A stretch of DNA of 41,043 bases from an uncultured Candidatus Saccharibacteria bacterium. GTDB taxonomy: Bacteria > Patescibacteriota > Minisyncoccia > UBA6257 > XYB1-36-10. The translations under genes and the position numbers were made by a program. The number at the start of each line of letters is the position of its first letter. The stretch's first letter is position 1. The notes under the pieces were generated by a model. That model worked only from the letters and a program-made list of their open reading frames with translations, was not told where the DNA came from and made no database searches. Location: NCBI GenBank assembly GCA_964362215.1, contig CAYIDJ010000004.1, positions 1 through 41,043 of the forward strand. The letters run 5' to 3'. Below are positions 1-7,327 of this stretch, piece by piece.

Positions 1-474
1 GAAGTGGGACAAACTTTCATCAATACGGCGGGTTTTCCAGCCGCGGCGGGCGGCATATTTGAGATACATTTTAAGAAGCTTGCGGGTCCAGTCGGGGGCG
101 TCTTCGCCGCCGGCGCCGGAGTAAAGGTAAAGAAAGGCATTGCCGGAGTCATACTTGCCGGTGAAACAGACCTTGGCTTCCAGGCCGCGGAGGAGGCGGC
201 GGGCATTATAGAAAGCGGATTCGGCGGGAGAAGATTTGAGTTCAGTAAGAGTGGTTTCTAATTCTTCAAATTCGGTGATGGAGTTTTCCAGCTGTCCGGC
301 TTCTTTGGATAATTTTTCGGCGCCGGACTGGTCTTTCCAGATGTCAGGAGAAGAAAGCCGGTCGGTTAGAGCGGTCAGTTTTTCTTTTTGTTGAGGAAGA
401 TTAAAACGATCCGCAAGGCGAAGAAAAGAAGCGTACAGTTCAGCAATACTTTCGGAAAGTTCTCTTTCAGTCAT
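1..474 (-). CDS. prfB: peptide chain release factor 2, N-terminal 158 codons (gene runs off window start)
   Basis: Minus frame is open from ATG 474-472 to position 1; it is missing from the ORF track because no stop lies in the window. Translation MTERELSES..LSSPDIWKDQSGAEKL..FTGKYDSGNAFLYLYSGAGGEDAPDWTRKLLKMYLKYAARRGWK matches the RF2 N-domain and the GGxExxDW region. No in-frame stop or frameshift site was seen. Confidence 0.8.
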   Translation of the reverse strand, partial: MTERELSESIAELYASFLRLADRFNLPQQKEKLTALTDRLSSPDIWKDQSGAEKLSKEAGQLENSITEFEELETTLTELKSSPAESAFYNARRLLRGLEAKVCFTGKYDSGNAFLYLYSGAGGEDAPDWTRKLLKMYLKYAARRGWKTRRIDESLSHF

Positions 475-622
475 AAATATTATATGAGCCACCTTGCGGA
501 TTCTCCCGATGCGAACCAAATTTATTAAATTTGGTAATCGCATCGAGGACTCTCGATTTTGTTCCTCCGCTTTCAGCGGAGTAACAAAATCGGAGGAACA
601 GCGGACCTATTTATCCTGTTAG

Positions 623-695
623 AGCCGGAGGGGAGATTCGAACTCCCGACCTCTGCTTTACGAAAGCATTGCTCTACCGACTGAGCTACTCCGGC
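623..695 (-). tRNA. tRNA-Thr (anticodon CGU)
   Basis: Minus-strand cloverleaf GCCGGAG-TA-GCTC/AGTCGGTA/GAGC-A-ATGCT-TTCGTAA-AGCAG-AGGTC-GGGAG-TTCGAAT-CTCCC-CTCCGGC-T. The anticodon loop gives CGT. CCA is not encoded. Confidence 0.9.
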
Positions 696-747
696 TCTAA
701 CGGGACAAGCTGAAAATCAGGTGGCGAATTAAGATAACACTATAATA

Positions 748-1062
748 CTATAAACTTTGGCGGCGGGCAATGTTGGCGAGGGCGTCAATATTATCGGCGG
801 CGGAGGCGATATTGCGTTTAGTAACGCCGCACTTGAGGCAGTGGTGGACGATGGAGTAAATATCTTTTTTCTTTTCTACCCAGATTGGTTCCATGAGGCC
901 GCCGCAGGCAGCGGCGCGGTCGCCGGGATGAATGTCCACGTGGCGGCTAAAGAGGCAACTGGGGCAATGATTGGTAAAGCCGTTGCCGTGGACAAAAACG
1001 CCGCAATGGCGGCAATGGAAAGATTCCACACGTTTTTGAAAACGCCTATCCCTTATTGACAT
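748..1062 (-). CDS. RNHCP domain-containing zinc-binding protein
   Basis: 104-aa ORF with CRHCG...TNHCPSCLFSRHVD...CLKCG, the cysteine/histidine pattern of the RNHCP domain family. Confidence 0.75.
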   Translation of the reverse strand: MSIRDRRFQKRVESFHCRHCGVFVHGNGFTNHCPSCLFSRHVDIHPGDRAAACGGLMEPIWVEKKKDIYSIVHHCLKCGVTKRNIASAADNIDALANIARRQSL

Positions 1063-1177
1063 AAAATATCTTCTGCGAGCAGTGAGATATTTTTTAAGAA
1101 CCCTAGGTTCTCAACGCTCGCTTAAGGCTCGCTACTTTCCGACACGGGGAAATTCTCCTTTCCCCGACCCCCTTTTA

Positions 1178-1197
1178 TTATGTCATTATTGACATAA
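1178..1197. promoter_or_regulatory. operator-like palindrome TTATGTCA-TTAT-TGACATAA overlapping a TTGACA box
   Basis: Perfect 8-bp inverted repeat with a 4-nt spacer, about 60 nt upstream of ORF 1257. The half-site TTGACATAA recurs at 1056-1064. Confidence 0.3.
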
Positions 1198-1256
1198 GTT
1201 ATGAAGGTGAGCACAATAATAAAAGTTATTTTACATTTTAATAAGGGGGTAGGCAA

Positions 1257-1499
1257 ATGAAGATATTGCTGACTATAGCGGCTATAAAGTACACGCTGAT
1301 TGCGGTGGTGTTGTTGTTGGGATGGCTGGGTATAAAAACCGGATTAGGGCATTATTTGATGGCGGCGGCTGATGCGGTTGATGCGGATAGAGTAATCAGT
1401 CGGCTATGGAACGCGTCGTGGATAGCCAGCTGGAGGGAACAGCACAGCGCTGTGCCCCGTCTTCGTTCTTTGGTTAAAAAAAGGAAAAGGAGGGAATAA
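1257..1499 (+). CDS. hypothetical small membrane protein (80 aa)
   Basis: ORF preceded by AAGGGGGT 6 nt upstream. N-terminal hydrophobic helix (LLTIAAIKYTLIAVVLLLGWLGI) and a basic C-terminus KKRKRRE. Confidence 0.5.
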   Translation: MKILLTIAAIKYTLIAVVLLLGWLGIKTGLGHYLMAAADAVDADRVISRLWNASWIASWREQHSAVPRLRSLVKKRKRRE

Positions 1500-1500
1500 A

Positions 1501-1614
1501 ATGTTTGAGATGATGGGAATGTTTGTATTTATACCGCTTGCGATAGCAGGAGCAATTTTCTTTCTATTGCGGGGAGTGTTTCCGGTGATAAGGAGAAAAA
1601 ATAAGGAGGGTTAA
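1501..1614 (+). CDS. hypothetical 37-aa membrane peptide MFEMMGMFVFIPLAIAGAIFFLLRGVFPVIRRKNKEG (below ORF-track cutoff)
   Basis: ATG lies 1 nt after the stop of the preceding ORF and is preceded by AAGGAGGG. One hydrophobic helix plus a basic tail. The stop is embedded in the terminator hairpin. Confidence 0.5.
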   Translation: MFEMMGMFVFIPLAIAGAIFFLLRGVFPVIRRKNKEG

Positions 1615-1630
1615 CCCTCCTTTTTGTTTT
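1603..1630. terminator. intrinsic terminator between convergent genes
   Basis: AAGGAGGG-TTAA-CCCTCCTT followed by TTTGTTTT, sitting between the + ORFs and the stop of the minus gene at 1642. Confidence 0.6.
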
Positions 1631-1641
1631 GAAAACTTGTT

Positions 1642-3243
1642 TTAGAGAGGGCATTCAGCTGGTTGGTTGAGATGGCGGACTTCGCCCTGGCGCATATTTA
1701 TAAAACTGTTTCCGGTCAGGTTTTCGTTGCAGGTTTTATTTAAGACGACGCCCCAATCCATCTTACCGGGACCGTCAACGCTGTTTAGAACAACGTTGCC
1801 GTTAATGAGGGAATTGTCGCCGGAGAGGAAGATGAGGCCGGCTTGGCCGGCAACGCCGCGGGTGTTGGAGTCGGTGATACTGTTGTTGGAAGCAGTAGCG
1901 CGGGTGCCAGTAATTTGGAGGCCGCTAGTGCCGGTTTTGATAATATTGTTTTGAAGAACTTGAATATCGGGACCACTGGCTTGAATGGCAAGAGCGTAGG
2001 GAGAAGTGATGGCGTTTTGCCTGATAATAGCGCCGGGAGCGTTTAGTCCGGCAATTTCGGGAATATAGATACCGAGAGCGAAGCCCTTAATGGAATTGAG
2101 GTCAATGATTAGATTGGTGAAGTTATGACCATTGGAAGAGGCGGGATTTAGACGAATACCGCTGCCACCAGTACCGGAGCTTAAGATGGCGTTTTGATGG
2201 ATGGTTAAGCCATCAAAGCCGTCCGGTGACCAGATACCAGCGTAGGAAGAGTTGTTAATAATGTTATCGTTTAAGATAATGTTGTGGTTGCGGGCACCGT
2301 TTGGAACATTACCAATAGCGCCGGAGACGACAATACCGCTAATACCACCAATAACAGTATTACCGGAAATAACAGAATTTTCGGAGGTGCCAAGATTGAT
2401 GGCGGAGACAGAACCGCTGACACCGCGGGAAGTAACATAATTGCCGGTGATGCGAGCGCCGGACTGATTGTTGACTTTGATGCCATTGCTGGCGGCATCG
2501 GCAATGACGGAGTTGTCGGCAACAATTATGCCGGGATTAGAGTTATAGGGGCCAGAGCCCTTGGGTAAAACTTCAATGCCAATAGCGGTGGGGTAAGTGA
2601 CTCCCGTCATATCAATGCGGTTATTAAGAATTTGGATACCGTGCAGACCGCCGAAATAAGGCGGAGATTTCTGATTATCGCCGGCGCCAATAGCGTATTG
2701 GCCGCAACGGCGGATATACATATTTTGAATAGTGACAAAACTGGAGCCGTCGGTAAGCATAACGGCGGCGCGCGCCGCTATGGTCGGATCCTGGCAGTCA
2801 ATTTGTAGGTCATGGACGACCACATTATTTTTTCCTTTTATCCAGATGGGATGATTAACGGGGGCGGAGGCATCGGCATCAGGAAGAAGAACGGCGGCAT
2901 CACTCTCACCAAAAACAGTGGAATCCGAGGGTGGAAAAAGATTTTGACCAAGGCGGTATCGGCCGTTGGGGAAGTAGATGCTGTCACCGGCCGAGATGGA
3001 GGAAAGGAGGGTGTTGATGGCAGGAGCGTCGTTGGTGATACCGTCGCCGACAGTGCCGAAGTCCTTGACGTTAAATACCGACGGCGGGTGACTGCCGAGT
3101 AATCCTTCCACCAGTGCTTGTTTGGATAAGGGGAAGCGGGAAGAGACATAGTCCCCGAGAAGGGAAGCTAAAACAAGTAAAATTAAACAAACAACGAGAG
3201 GCAAAAGAAACTTTTGAGGATTAGAGAATTTTTTAATATCCAT
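1642..3243 (-). CDS. membrane-anchored right-handed beta-helix protein (pectate-lyase-3 / GH28-like fold)
   Basis: 533 aa with an N-terminal TM anchor (LLPLVVCLILLVLASLL). FNVKDFGTVGDGITNDAPAINTLL is typical of pectate_lyase_3 starts, followed by many Asn/Gly/Ile-rich parallel beta-helix repeats. Confidence 0.7.
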   Translation of the reverse strand: MDIKKFSNPQKFLLPLVVCLILLVLASLLGDYVSSRFPLSKQALVEGLLGSHPPSVFNVKDFGTVGDGITNDAPAINTLLSSISAGDSIYFPNGRYRLGQNLFPPSDSTVFGESDAAVLLPDADASAPVNHPIWIKGKNNVVVHDLQIDCQDPTIAARAAVMLTDGSSFVTIQNMYIRRCGQYAIGAGDNQKSPPYFGGLHGIQILNNRIDMTGVTYPTAIGIEVLPKGSGPYNSNPGIIVADNSVIADAASNGIKVNNQSGARITGNYVTSRGVSGSVSAINLGTSENSVISGNTVIGGISGIVVSGAIGNVPNGARNHNIILNDNIINNSSYAGIWSPDGFDGLTIHQNAILSSGTGGSGIRLNPASSNGHNFTNLIIDLNSIKGFALGIYIPEIAGLNAPGAIIRQNAITSPYALAIQASGPDIQVLQNNIIKTGTSGLQITGTRATASNNSITDSNTRGVAGQAGLIFLSGDNSLINGNVVLNSVDGPGKMDWGVVLNKTCNENLTGNSFINMRQGEVRHLNQPAECPL

Positions 3244-3339
3244 AATTTAGCTAATTTTAATAAACAAGAGCGATTTGACTATAGTATATTAAAAAAACGA
3301 GTTTAAATCAATTGACGATAAAAAAAGAGGAAGGATATT

Positions 3340-3368
3340 TTGAACTTTACCGGCCGATTCGCTATTAT
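3340..3368 (+). promoter_or_regulatory. candidate promoter TTGAAC-17-TATTAT
   Basis: TTGAAC 3340-3345, 17-nt spacer, TATTAT 3363-3368. Only 8 nt lie between the -10 box and ATG 3377, and there is no SD. Confidence 0.45.
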
Positions 3369-3376
3369 AAAACAGT

Positions 3377-3655
3377 ATGCGGGAATGGAAACTATGGGTA
3401 GCTATCGCTTTTCTTGGCTTTATTCTTTTCTTGATTTTAATCGGCGCTTTCCGCCGCTATCGTGAGTATCGTTCCGAAGATGCTATCCGTTCCGCTTTGG
3501 AAGCGCAGGTCTGGCAATTGCGCGATGAAAACAGTAAAATAGGCGAAGATGTGGAGTATTACTCCAATCCCGACAATCTGGAAAAAGAGCTGCGCGCGCG
3601 CTTTAATCTGAAGAAGCTGGACGAGCGTCTTTTAATAATTGTTCCCGAAGAATAA
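3377..3655 (+). CDS. septum formation initiator family protein (FtsB/DivIC-like)
   Basis: 92 aa: an N-terminal TM helix, a coiled-coil segment, then a C-terminal YYSNPDNLEKELRARFNLKKLDE motif resembling DivIC/FtsB. Confidence 0.65.
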   Translation: MREWKLWVAIAFLGFILFLILIGAFRRYREYRSEDAIRSALEAQVWQLRDENSKIGEDVEYYSNPDNLEKELRARFNLKKLDERLLIIVPEE

Positions 3656-3729
3656 GCGGGAGTAGTACAGTGGCAGTACACTAGCTTCCCAAGCTAGGAA
3701 CGGGGGTTCAATTCCCCTCTCCCGCTCCA
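3656..3729 (+). tRNA. tRNA-Gly (anticodon CCC), CCA encoded
   Basis: GCGGGAG-TA-GTAC/AGTGGCA/GTAC-A-CTAGC-TTCCCAA-GCTAG-GAAC-GGGGG-TTCAATT-CCCCT-CTCCCGC-T-CCA. It starts on the nucleotide right after the TAA stop of the upstream ORF. Confidence 0.9.
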
Positions 3730-3730
3730 A

Positions 3731-3770
3731 AACACCCAGCCAATAAATTAGCTGGGTGTTTAGTGTTTCT
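3731..3770 (+). terminator. possible terminator after tRNA-Gly
   Basis: 9-10 bp stem ACACCCAGC/GCTGGGTGT with a 10-nt loop, followed by the T-rich TTAGTGTTTCT. Confidence 0.35.
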
Positions 3771-3799
3771 GGCTGCGAGATTACTAGCAGAGAAACACT

Positions 3800-3955
3800 A
3801 AAAACCCGGGAAAGTGGACTTCCCGGGCGTGGCGTACCCAGCTTAGTTAATTCCCGACTAAAAGTCAGGTGGGTGGCCTGCACTTTGCTCCACGGAGCAG
3901 AATAACTTGGCCTCCCTTGAAAAATTTATTTGATTCGGAATATTTTAAGCTTGGT
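3800..3955 (-). ncRNA. candidate ~155-nt rod-shaped small RNA (6S-like architecture; identity unknown)
   Basis: On the minus strand, TATAAT (3967-3962) sits just upstream of a 12-bp closing helix (3946-3957 pairs with 3834-3845, 1 mismatch). Inner helices are AUUCCGA/UCGGGAAU and GGGAGGCC/GGCCACCC, with an A/U-rich internal bubble. Next comes terminator CCCGGGAAG..CTTCCCGGG (3805-3827) plus T5. Confidence 0.35.
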
Positions 3956-4043
3956 ACACTTATTATAACGATTGAAGAAGGATTTTGTTACATAAAAATA
4001 TAGCGACTAGTAACCAGTAACTAACAACTAGGGACAGAATGTA

Positions 4044-5435
4044 TTATTGGTGGCGAGATTTAATAAAAAGGCCAAGTTCCTGAAGTTGGGCAGGGGTGGC
4101 GGGGGTCGGGGCGTCCATAACGGCGGTGCGGCCGGCGCCGGTCATGGGAAAGGCCTGAACTTCGCGCAGGTAGGACTCCCCCGTCAGATTCATAAGATTG
4201 CGTTCCACTCCCAGAGCGATGCCGCCATGGGGCGGAGCGCCATAACGGAAGGCGGCAAGTATGTGGCCGACGCTATTCTCTATCTCCTGCGGAGAGTAGC
4301 CCATAACGCGGTAGGTGGCTTCCAGTATCTCGGGGCGGTGAGCGCGAATACTGCCGCCGCCGGACTCAAAGCCGTTGCAGACAAGGTCATATTGGGTGGT
4401 TAAAATCTCGGGTATGTTTTTACCGGCAAGATGGTCTGCTAAGAATTCCGGCTTAGGCATAGAGAATGGGTTGTGAGTAAAGGTCCAACTACCATTGTCG
4501 GCTTTTTCAAAAAAGGGGAAATCCACTACCCAGGCGTAAGCGAGGATGCCGGCGGCTTTTTCCGACTCGTTACGCAGGTCAAACTTGTCGGCGCCGAAGC
4601 GTTCCACAGCTTCCCGATAAGAGAAACGAGGAAATGGTTTTTCTTTTATCTTATATCCCATTGCTTCCACCACTTGGGTCATCATGATTTCTATCTCCAT
4701 AATCACGTCCTCGCGTTCAACAAAAGACATTTCTATGTCAATCTGGGTGTGTTCAAAGCCGCGGTCGGCGCGCAGGTCTTCGTCGCGGAGGGCGCGAGCA
4801 ATCTGAAAGTAGCGTTCAAAACCGGAAACCATCAGAAGCTGTTTGTACTGCTGGGGCGATTGCGGCAAGGCGTAGAACTTACCCGGATATTGGCGGGAAG
4901 GCACCAGAAAGTCGCGCGAGCCCTCGGGGGTGGATTTAGTCAGAAGCGGCGTTTCTATTTCCAAAAAGTCGCGGCGGAAGAGAAACTCGCGGCATTTTTG
5001 GACGAAGTCGCTGCGGAGACGAAGGTTGCGTTGCATACGCTCGGAGCGCAAGTCAAGATAGCGGTATTTGAGGCGAGTTTCCTCGTTGACGGCGGCGGTG
5101 TCTTGACGGGGATCAAAGGAGGGTGTTTCCGCGGAACTCAAAACCGCGATGGCTTCCGCTTTTACTTCCACCCGGCCGGTGGGAAGGTCGGGATTAATCA
5201 TATCGGCGGGGCGGTCTTTAACTGTTCCTTTTATTTCCAGCACCCACTCGGGACGGACGGTTTTGGCGGTTTCATAAGCGGAAGATTTGGGGTCAATGAC
5301 GATTTGAGCCACACCACTCCGGTCACGCAGGTCAAGAAAAATGAGTTTGCCATGGTCGCGGCGGGCGACTATCCAGCCGGAGAGTGTTATTGTCTCCCCT
5401 GTTTTAGCGGCTGTCTCTAAAACTAAAGTACGCAT
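4044..5435 (-). CDS. aspS: aspartate--tRNA ligase, bacterial-type sequence but lacking the GAD insertion domain
   Basis: 463 aa with an OB-fold N-terminus (LSGWIVARRDHGKLIFLDLRDRSG). Class II motifs are present: FRDEDLRADR-like LRDEDLRADR, FEHTQIDIEMSF, GGGSIR, PPHGGIALG. Only about 10 aa separate DKFDLRN from WVVDFPFFE. Confidence 0.93.
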   Translation of the reverse strand: MRTLVLETAAKTGETITLSGWIVARRDHGKLIFLDLRDRSGVAQIVIDPKSSAYETAKTVRPEWVLEIKGTVKDRPADMINPDLPTGRVEVKAEAIAVLSSAETPSFDPRQDTAAVNEETRLKYRYLDLRSERMQRNLRLRSDFVQKCREFLFRRDFLEIETPLLTKSTPEGSRDFLVPSRQYPGKFYALPQSPQQYKQLLMVSGFERYFQIARALRDEDLRADRGFEHTQIDIEMSFVEREDVIMEIEIMMTQVVEAMGYKIKEKPFPRFSYREAVERFGADKFDLRNESEKAAGILAYAWVVDFPFFEKADNGSWTFTHNPFSMPKPEFLADHLAGKNIPEILTTQYDLVCNGFESGGGSIRAHRPEILEATYRVMGYSPQEIENSVGHILAAFRYGAPPHGGIALGVERNLMNLTGESYLREVQAFPMTGAGRTAVMDAPTPATPAQLQELGLFIKSRHQ

Positions 5436-5444
5436 ATTTTTATT

Positions 5445-5473
5445 ATTTTACCGCAAAACGCGGAGAGGAACAA
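5445..5473 (-). promoter_or_regulatory. candidate aspS promoter TTGTTC-17-TAAAAT
   Basis: On the minus strand: TTGTTC (5473-5468), 17 nt, TAAAAT (5450-5445), then 9 nt to ATG 5435. No SD. Confidence 0.4.
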
Positions 5474-5533
5474 TGTTGACAAATATAAAAAACCCAGTAG
5501 TATTAAGGCAGTTAAAATTGAAAGGATAAAAAA

Positions 5534-5776
5534 ATGAAAGGATGTCCGAAGTGCCACACGACTCGTTTTGGAAATTTTTGTCATAAGTGTGGAGAGGGGC
5601 TTGTTGAAGAGGGGTGGAAGGAGCAGGGAGTAAAAACAGAAATTGAATGTAAACAAAAAAATCCACATTTTATCATCTGTATAAATCCTGAATGCTCCAC
5701 AAAAATTATTGATGATTGTAAATTTTGTCCGATTTGCGGAGTAGATTTGAGGGTAGCGCAAATTACAAGAGTATAG
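5534..5776 (+). CDS. double zinc-ribbon protein (80 aa)
   Basis: CPKC..CHKCG and CINPEC..CPICG pairs, with a weak SD GAAAGGA upstream. Confidence 0.6.
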   Translation: MKGCPKCHTTRFGNFCHKCGEGLVEEGWKEQGVKTEIECKQKNPHFIICINPECSTKIIDDCKFCPICGVDLRVAQITRV

Positions 5777-5799
5777 GATTAAGAAAGGAGATGAGAAAG

Positions 5800-6027
5800 A
5801 TGAGGTTTTTCCGATGGATAATGTGGCTTTTCATGAGAAGAAAATATTGCCCGCGGGACAGAAATCATTTTGTTATTTTCAAAAAATTCTGTGATAAGTG
5901 CGGCGCAAGATTGAAATACGAGCGACTACCAAGATGCCGGCAATGCGGCGGAGCGGTATGGGAAGCCGAAAAATTTTGCGGTCATTGTGGAGTTTTACTT
6001 GAGCCGCGGGCAGTGAAAACAACCTAA
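5800..6027 (+). CDS. zinc-ribbon protein (start 5800 preferred; 5791/5725 also in frame)
   Basis: AAAGGAG lies 9 nt before ATG 5800. CDKCG, CRQCG and CGHCG motifs are present. Paralogous in style to the preceding ORF. Confidence 0.55.
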   Translation: MRFFRWIMWLFMRRKYCPRDRNHFVIFKKFCDKCGARLKYERLPRCRQCGGAVWEAEKFCGHCGVLLEPRAVKTT

Positions 6028-6051
6028 TAACACAACTGCGGGGGCGATTGA

Positions 6052-6080
6052 CCCTCTTCGAGAGAAGAGGGTTTTATTTT
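6052..6080 (+). terminator. intrinsic terminator
   Basis: CCCTCTTC-GAGA-GAAGAGGG followed by TTTTATTTT. Confidence 0.7.
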
Positions 6081-6326
6081 AGATAATAATTAGATAACTT
6101 GGTAATTGGGAATTGGAGGGAAAGAGAGGAAATCCCCCGTCCTGCGGACACCCTCTTTATAAAAGGAAATGGAAATACCTGACTCGCTCCGACTCGAGTC
6201 CTCGGGACTCTCATCGAGAGTCTCGGGACCGGCAGGCAGGCCTTGCTTTTTGAGCACTCCCTTCCCGCCGCTATGGGCGGGACAAGTTATGAAAAGGAGA
6301 ATGGGGATTTACTTACGATGTTTTTG

Positions 6327-7178
6327 TTAGCGGAGGGAGGAGACGAGGGCGTGGGAGTCGGTGAAGGTGATTTTGACGGTGCCGTTTTGGTCGGTGCGGA
6401 AAATACGGCTGCCGACGGCGGCGAGATTAGCGAGAGCGACGGGGGTGGGGTGGCCGTAAGAGTTACGGCCGACCTCAATCACACTGACGGCGGGACGGAC
6501 GGCGGAAAGGAAAGTGGGAGAGGAGGAATATTTGGAGCCGTGGTGGGCGACTTTGAGAATATCTATATCTTTGAGACCGTAGCGGGCGGTGATTTTTTCT
6601 TCGGTGGCGGCGTCAATGTCGCCAGTGAAGAGCGCGCGATGTCCGCCGGAGTCAAGAAGGAGAACAATGGCATTAACGTTTGTGTTGACGCCGGCAGCGT
6701 CGGGAGGAGGATAAAGAACGGAAACGGTAGAAGAGGCATAGAGAATGCGGTCGCCGGCGCGAAGGGAGACGGAGGGTATTTGGCGTTCTGTCAATGAGGT
6801 TTGGACTTTTTGCCAAGCGGCGGTGGCGCCGGGAAGGCCGCTGGCGGCGAAAACGGAGATGGGGTAGCGAGAAAAGACGTCCAGAAAACCGCCGCTATGG
6901 TCCAGATCGGCATGGGAAGCGATAGCAATATCAAGATGAGCGCCGAGCAACGGCATAACGGAAGAAAGAGCGGAGGTTACTCCCCCGCCGGGAGGACCGG
7001 AGTCAATAAGAAAGCGGACGGGACGGGGACCGGGGAGTTCTATAAGTTCAGAATCGCCTTGGCCGACGGAGAGAAAATAAAGAGAAAGTTCGGAGGGCGG
7101 AGAGAAGAAAGCGATGTACCAGAAGGAGGCGTCAAGGAGGAGGGCAGCGGTGAGAAGGAGAAAAAGTTTAGAGGGCAT
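6327..7178 (-). CDS. ComEC-type MBL-fold (metallo-beta-lactamase) domain protein, encoded separately
   Basis: 283 aa with an N-terminal TM segment. LSVGQGDSELIEL, IASHADLDHSGG and KVAHHGS motifs match the ComEC C-terminal nuclease-like domain. Confidence 0.8.
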   Translation of the reverse strand: MPSKLFLLLTAALLLDASFWYIAFFSPPSELSLYFLSVGQGDSELIELPGPRPVRFLIDSGPPGGGVTSALSSVMPLLGAHLDIAIASHADLDHSGGFLDVFSRYPISVFAASGLPGATAAWQKVQTSLTERQIPSVSLRAGDRILYASSTVSVLYPPPDAAGVNTNVNAIVLLLDSGGHRALFTGDIDAATEEKITARYGLKDIDILKVAHHGSKYSSSPTFLSAVRPAVSVIEVGRNSYGHPTPVALANLAAVGSRIFRTDQNGTVKITFTDSHALVSSLR

Positions 7179-7327
7179 AGCGGATATGGTGTATTAAGTA
7201 TATAGAAAATATGTGATGAGAACATAGGGAAAGGTTAGTTTATTTAGCGAGCCGTCTAATGTGTTTCATTTATTTCCTTTACTAACGAGAGAGGAGTCAT
7301 ACGTAAGGTAGTTTGCTCCGCAAACTT

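Noticed and set aside
3632-3883. 83-aa minus-strand ORF
   Set aside because: It runs across tRNA-Gly and the hairpin region. No coding signal is present.
3731-3957. RNase P RNA, SRP RNA or tmRNA in the structured region after tRNA-Gly
   Set aside because: I could not find GAGGAAAGUCCGGGC / ACAGAAxxCGGCUUA (RNase P). The GGAA-tetraloop region with flanking AGG/AGCA loops (SRP) is absent. There is also no tRNA-like 3' end with a GGGG 5' start (tmRNA). Only loose similarities such as CUCCACGGAGCA were seen.
4473-5420. 315-aa plus-strand ORF
   Set aside because: It lies fully antisense to the strongly supported aspS gene. It has low-complexity Gly/Ala/Val/Phe-rich translation, no RBS and no recognisable motif, which is a typical shadow ORF. 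The same reasoning applies to 6243-6797, 7706-8170, 14519-15043, 20175-20615, 27865-28422, 30033-30687 and similar track entries.
6181-6290. GC-rich imperfect palindromes (GACTCGAGTC, CGGGACTCTC..GAGAGTCTCGGG, CCCGCC-GCTATG-GGCGGG) downstream of the ComEC MBL gene
   Set aside because: These are probably ordinary 3'-end hairpins between convergent genes. No promoter or terminator pairing or repeat family could be established.
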